IMG/VR virus record: IMGVR_UViG_3300025267_000011
Coordinates: 1-56,659 of that record
Reading direction: 5' to 3' (one strand)
DNA from: a virus
Lineage: Duplodnaviria > Caudoviricetes
Length of the DNA stretch: 56,659 bases
Both the position numbers and the translations under genes were made by a program. The notes under the pieces were generated by a model. The model did not search any database. It was not told where the DNA came from and saw only the letters and a program-made list of their open reading frames with translations. Positions 53,328 through 56,659 of the stretch are shown here, piece after piece (within the stretch, counting starts at the first letter, position 1; every line of letters starts with the position of its first letter).

Positions 53328-53358
53328 AGGATAAGGGGTAAGGGTCACGGTCTGTCAA
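53328..53358 (-). promoter_or_regulatory. Sigma70-type promoter candidate
   Basis: TTGACA-19-TATCCT (spacing long). Confidence 0.35.
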
Positions 53359-53497
53359 CACTGGCGCTCACCCTCGGTGGTGTCGCGGGGGTCGGGGCGG
53401 CGGGCGCCGAGGTGGAGCCGCAGCTCCACGACGGCGCCCAGGAGCCCGGCGGCCCCGGCCGCGACCAGCCACTCCCCCACCGTGCGGGCGCCGTCGA

Positions 53498-53887
53498 TCA
53501 CGACGGCGGCCGCGGTGTCGGCGGGACAGGCGGGTGCGCCGGTGCCGGCGAGGGGACCACCCCGCGCGCCATCGCGTCGGCGAGCGCGGCGCGGGAGTCG
53601 ATCCGCTCGCCGGCCTCGGCCGGGTCCCCGATCGCGCCGCGCAGCGCTCCCCGCACGACGCGGACCCGGACCTCCTCGGGGATGCCCTCGTCCTCCATCC
53701 CGAGGTCGACCAGCGTCAGCGCCGACCGCAGCAGGGTGACCTCGCGCCGGTAGAGGGTGTCCCGGGCGTGGGCGAACTCGGCGCCGGGCCAGCGGGCGAG
53801 GTAGTCGGCGATGACCTGGTCGACGACGCGGCGGGGTTCGACGGCGGCGAGCGTGGCCGGGCCGACCCGTGACGCTGCCCGGGCCAT
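53498..53887 (-). CDS. Hypothetical protein
   Basis: RBS GGAGGG; TGATG coupling. Confidence 0.5.
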   Translation of the reverse strand: MARAASRVGPATLAAVEPRRVVDQVIADYLARWPGAEFAHARDTLYRREVTLLRSALTLVDLGMEDEGIPEEVRVRVVRGALRGAIGDPAEAGERIDSRAALADAMARGVVPSPAPAHPPVPPTPRPPS

Positions 53888-54138
53888 CACGCGGCCCTCC
53901 GCAGCGGCGCCCAGAACTCGACGTAGCCCCAGGCGACGCGGCCGATCTCGTGGCCGTTGAGCATCGCCATCCAGCCGTTCCCGGCGGCGTCGGACAGGCG
54001 CACGAACTGGAGGCCGTCGCCCTCGCCGGGGCGGGCCCCGACGGCGAGCCAGGTCCCGACGGGCGGTTCGGGGTCCCCGGGCAGGACCGGGGGGAGGAGG
54101 TTGTCGTAGACGCGCTGCTCGGACATGGCCGCCGTCAC
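53887..54138 (-). CDS. Hypothetical protein
   Basis: Coupled ORF. Confidence 0.45.
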   Translation of the reverse strand: MTAAMSEQRVYDNLLPPVLPGDPEPPVGTWLAVGARPGEGDGLQFVRLSDAAGNGWMAMLNGHEIGRVAWGYVEFWAPLRRAA

Positions 54139-54530
54139 CGCCCCTCACCGCCGCGGGTGGTGGCGGGTGGGGGCTCGGCCACGGCGGGTACGTCGGTGTC
54201 GGCGGCGGGCTGCACGGCGAGCGCGGCGACGTTGTCGAGGACGGAGAACAGCACGCCGGGGTGTCGCGCGGTGAGCTGCTTGGCGATCTCGTGCGCGGTG
54301 CTGGCGTACAGCGCCCCGTGGAACGCGACGAGGACCCGGTCGCCGGGCCGGATCGTCACCGTGGTGCTGCAGCCCGCGGTGACCTGCGGCTCGCCGGGGT
54401 CGGGGGGCGCCGGCGGTGACGCCGGGATGGGCTGCGGGGCCGGTCCCCGGACCGCGGCGCCGTGGATACGCGCCGCCGCGGCCGCGGCGGTGCTGGGTCG
54501 GGGCGGTGCGTCGCCCTCACGGTGGCGCAT
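54135..54530 (-). CDS. Hypothetical protein
   Basis: RBS GAGGAG; IRPGDRVLV motif. Confidence 0.5.
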   Translation of the reverse strand: MRHREGDAPPRPSTAAAAAARIHGAAVRGPAPQPIPASPPAPPDPGEPQVTAGCSTTVTIRPGDRVLVAFHGALYASTAHEIAKQLTARHPGVLFSVLDNVAALAVQPAADTDVPAVAEPPPATTRGGEGR

Positions 54531-54536
54531 AGCGCG

Positions 54537-55055
54537 TCAGCTCCTCGGGTTGCTGCTTGCCCGGCCGGGGGTGTTCGGCCGGGACGTCTCGGGGCGGCCC
54601 CGCTGGGCGGGGACGCGGGTCGCGGTGTCGCGGAGGTGGAGGAACTCGTCGACCTCGTCGGGGTCGTACCGGCCGCCGTGGGGGCGCAGGTGCACGCGCG
54701 CACCGGCGGGGCCGATCGCCAGGCCGTCACTCCCCCACTGCGTCACCGCGGCCGGGGACACCCCGGCGCGGGCGGCGACCTCGGCGCGGGTCAGGGTCTC
54801 CCCCGGGCCCTTCGTGGCCGCGGTCGGCATGAGCCAGACGTGCTCCCCGAACTGCGCGGCCATCGCGTCGAGGGCGGCCAGCTCGGTGCGGAGCTGCCCG
54901 ACCAGCTCGGCGACGTCGGCCGCGCGGGCGGACTCGAGGGTGCGCACCCACCGCGACGACAGGCCCCGGTAGCCGCGGGCCACGGTGCGGGCCCGCTCGG
55001 TCGGGGTGTTCGGGCCGAGCTCGGGGGGCCACGGCCAGGTGCGTTGCTTCAACAC
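54537..55055 (-). CDS. HTH (MerR/excisionase-like) DNA-binding protein
   Basis: PWP..T.ERARTVA..YR; LTRAEVAARAGVSPAAVTQW; RYD.DEV. Confidence 0.7.
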   Translation of the reverse strand: MLKQRTWPWPPELGPNTPTERARTVARGYRGLSSRWVRTLESARAADVAELVGQLRTELAALDAMAAQFGEHVWLMPTAATKGPGETLTRAEVAARAGVSPAAVTQWGSDGLAIGPAGARVHLRPHGGRYDPDEVDEFLHLRDTATRVPAQRGRPETSRPNTPGRASSNPRS

Positions 55056-55918
55056 GCGGTGGCCTCGGCGGTGGAGGTGACGAGGTCGGCGAGCGCGGCG
55101 AGCTGGGCGGGGTCGGCGAGCGCGGCGGAGAGGAAGGCGTCGTGCCCGTCGTCGGAGCGTTCGGCGCGGCACCCTCGGCAGCGCACCACCCCGAGGGCGT
55201 GTTCGCGGTGGAGGCGCCGGCGCCCGCACGAGGAGCACGGCACGGGGATCAGGTCCGACCCCCCGGCCCCGATGATCTGCTGGGCGCCGTGGACGAGGTC
55301 GAGGACCACCGTGGCGGCCTCGGCCCCGGTGCGGCGCACGTACGGGGAGCCGACGGAGTCGGGGCCCCACGGCCGGTCCTCGGCGTCGAGGACGACGCCG
55401 GGCCCAGGGGCGTCCGTGGGCTCGAACGTGAGGGACCGGGCCACGTAGTCACGGGACCCGAGTCCGGCCCAGGTGGTCGCGTTCAGCCCCAGGAACGTGC
55501 AGGCCCGGGCGACCCGGTCGGCCTGGCGGAGGTGGGCCTCCTCGTCGGATGACCACGGCTCGCCGATGTGGTCGGCGACGAACTCCACCCACGCGGTCAA
55601 CTCGTGGTCGAGGAGCCGGACCAGGGCCTCGGTCGCGGTGTCGATCACGAGGGGCGGGTGAACGCTCCCCCCGCCGGTGACGTCCATCGTGCGGTACCGC
55701 ACTTCCATCGTGGGGCGCTGGACGACGGCGAGCGCGGCCAGGAGGACGGGGACGTCGTCGAGGGTGCCGACGAGGCGGGACAGGCAGCCCGGGCATAGCC
55801 CGGCGTCGGGGTCGGCGAGCAGGGCGCCGAGGGCGCCGAGGCGGCGGCCGTCGTCGGTCATCACGGTGGTGCGGGTGGTGCAGCGCTGACCGCGGGTGCA
55901 GCGGGCGTCGGTCGTCAC
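55049..55918 (-). CDS. Zn-finger phage transcriptional regulator-like protein
   Basis: C.RG.RC, LCPGC, PCSSC..VRCRGC. Confidence 0.65.
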   Translation of the reverse strand: MTTDARCTRGQRCTTRTTVMTDDGRRLGALGALLADPDAGLCPGCLSRLVGTLDDVPVLLAALAVVQRPTMEVRYRTMDVTGGGSVHPPLVIDTATEALVRLLDHELTAWVEFVADHIGEPWSSDEEAHLRQADRVARACTFLGLNATTWAGLGSRDYVARSLTFEPTDAPGPGVVLDAEDRPWGPDSVGSPYVRRTGAEAATVVLDLVHGAQQIIGAGGSDLIPVPCSSCGRRRLHREHALGVVRCRGCRAERSDDGHDAFLSAALADPAQLAALADLVTSTAEATAC

Positions 55919-56009
55919 AGGGGGTCTCCCAGCGGGGTCGTCGTGCAGCGGGGAGCACCGGCCACCCCGGGCCTCGTGGGGCGCGGGGTCGGGGTGGCCG
56001 GGGCGTGGG

Positions 56010-56267
56010 TCAGCGGCGGCCGAGGGGGCGCGGTGGCGGGCCGGTGTTGCGGCGGCGGCGGGCGGCGATCGCGGCGGCCCACCGGTCGCCCTCGTCGTGG
56101 ACGGCCGGGCGGGCCGGCATGAGCGTCGTGGCGACGTCGGCGAGCCACGCGGCGAACCGGGCGACGGCATCGGCGAGCCACCGCAGGGCTTCGACCATCG
56201 CGGCGCACATCGCGGCGACCCGTCGCTCCAGCTCCTCCCGCGTCACCAGGTGCAGGGCGACGGTCAT
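56010..56267 (-). CDS. Hypothetical protein
   Basis: RBS GGGGAG; RRRNTGP. Confidence 0.5.
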   Translation of the reverse strand: MTVALHLVTREELERRVAAMCAAMVEALRWLADAVARFAAWLADVATTLMPARPAVHDEGDRWAAAIAARRRRNTGPPPRPLGRR

Positions 56268-56659
56268 CGCCTACTCCCCCGGCCTCGGGTTGCGCGCCGT
56301 TGCAGCGCGACGAACGACAGCCGGTCGGGCCGGTCCTCCCCGTCGAGCGCGGCGACGGCCAGGCCGGCGAGGGCGTGTCCCCACGCGACGCCGGCGGCGA
56401 ACGACTCGTCCCCGGCGTGGGCGTCGGACCGGGCCAGGCGGGCGAGGTCGTCCCGGCCGCGGGTGAGGACCTGCCGGGCGAGCGCGGCCCGGTCGCGGTC
56501 GAGAGCGTCGAGGGCGTCGAAGAACCGGCGGGCGCCGTCACGGGGGACGGGGCGGTGCTGCTCGGCGAGGGGCCCGTCCCCGCACTCCCGGCACGGCCCG
56601 AGCCACACCGCGACGACGGAGGTGTCGCCGACGGGTCGCCAGGGGTGCGGGGTGGGGGG
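56264..56659 (-). CDS. Hypothetical protein (start at or beyond window edge)
   Basis: C..C motif; ATGA coupling to the next gene. Confidence 0.4.
   Translation of the reverse strand, partial: PPTPHPWRPVGDTSVVAVWLGPCRECGDGPLAEQHRPVPRDGARRFFDALDALDRDRAALARQVLTRGRDDLARLARSDAHAGDESFAAGVAWGHALAGLAVAALDGEDRPDRLSFVALQRRATRGRGSRR

Larger units (their letters stand above)
1..56659. mobile_element. Temperate siphovirus-type phage-plasmid/prophage (partial)
   Basis: Complete head-tail-lysis modules plus parA, Cre-like recombinase and TraB-like translocase; no host housekeeping context. Confidence 0.85.

Noticed and set aside
1-56659. tRNA/rRNA genes, att sites, replication initiator
   Set aside because: None recognised by eye; replication genes probably lie outside the window

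Overview
High-GC actinobacterial temperate siphovirus-type genome segment, almost all on the minus strand. The host is possibly Pseudonocardiaceae (weak inference). Reading right to left: small early/regulatory genes (56.6-48.7 kb); a Cre-like tyrosine recombinase; a 7-deazaguanine DNA-modification cluster (ParB-like gene, two tandem TGT/DpdA-like genes, queC, queD, queE, folE) translationally coupled to the terminase genes; head genes; tail genes; lysis genes; and a post-lysis module ending in a 1123-aa LamG plus Ala/Gly/Thr repeat protein. The left end is plasmid-like: ParA with an RHH partner and an 11-bp iteron array, an XRE/DUF5753-DUF6879 triad, and an FtsK/TraB-type translocase with membrane (Spd-like) genes, suggesting a conjugative phage-plasmid. 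Most striking observations: a portal protein fused to an R-S-E ADP-ribosyltransferase; a MuF protein fused to a 2H phosphoesterase (Acb1-like); a terminase whose Walker A is completed only by a -1 shift at GGGAAAA; duplicated DpdA-like genes; and a capsid protein with an internal Ig-like insertion, preceded by a structured leader and terminator. All calls come from motif recognition by eye; no searches were run.
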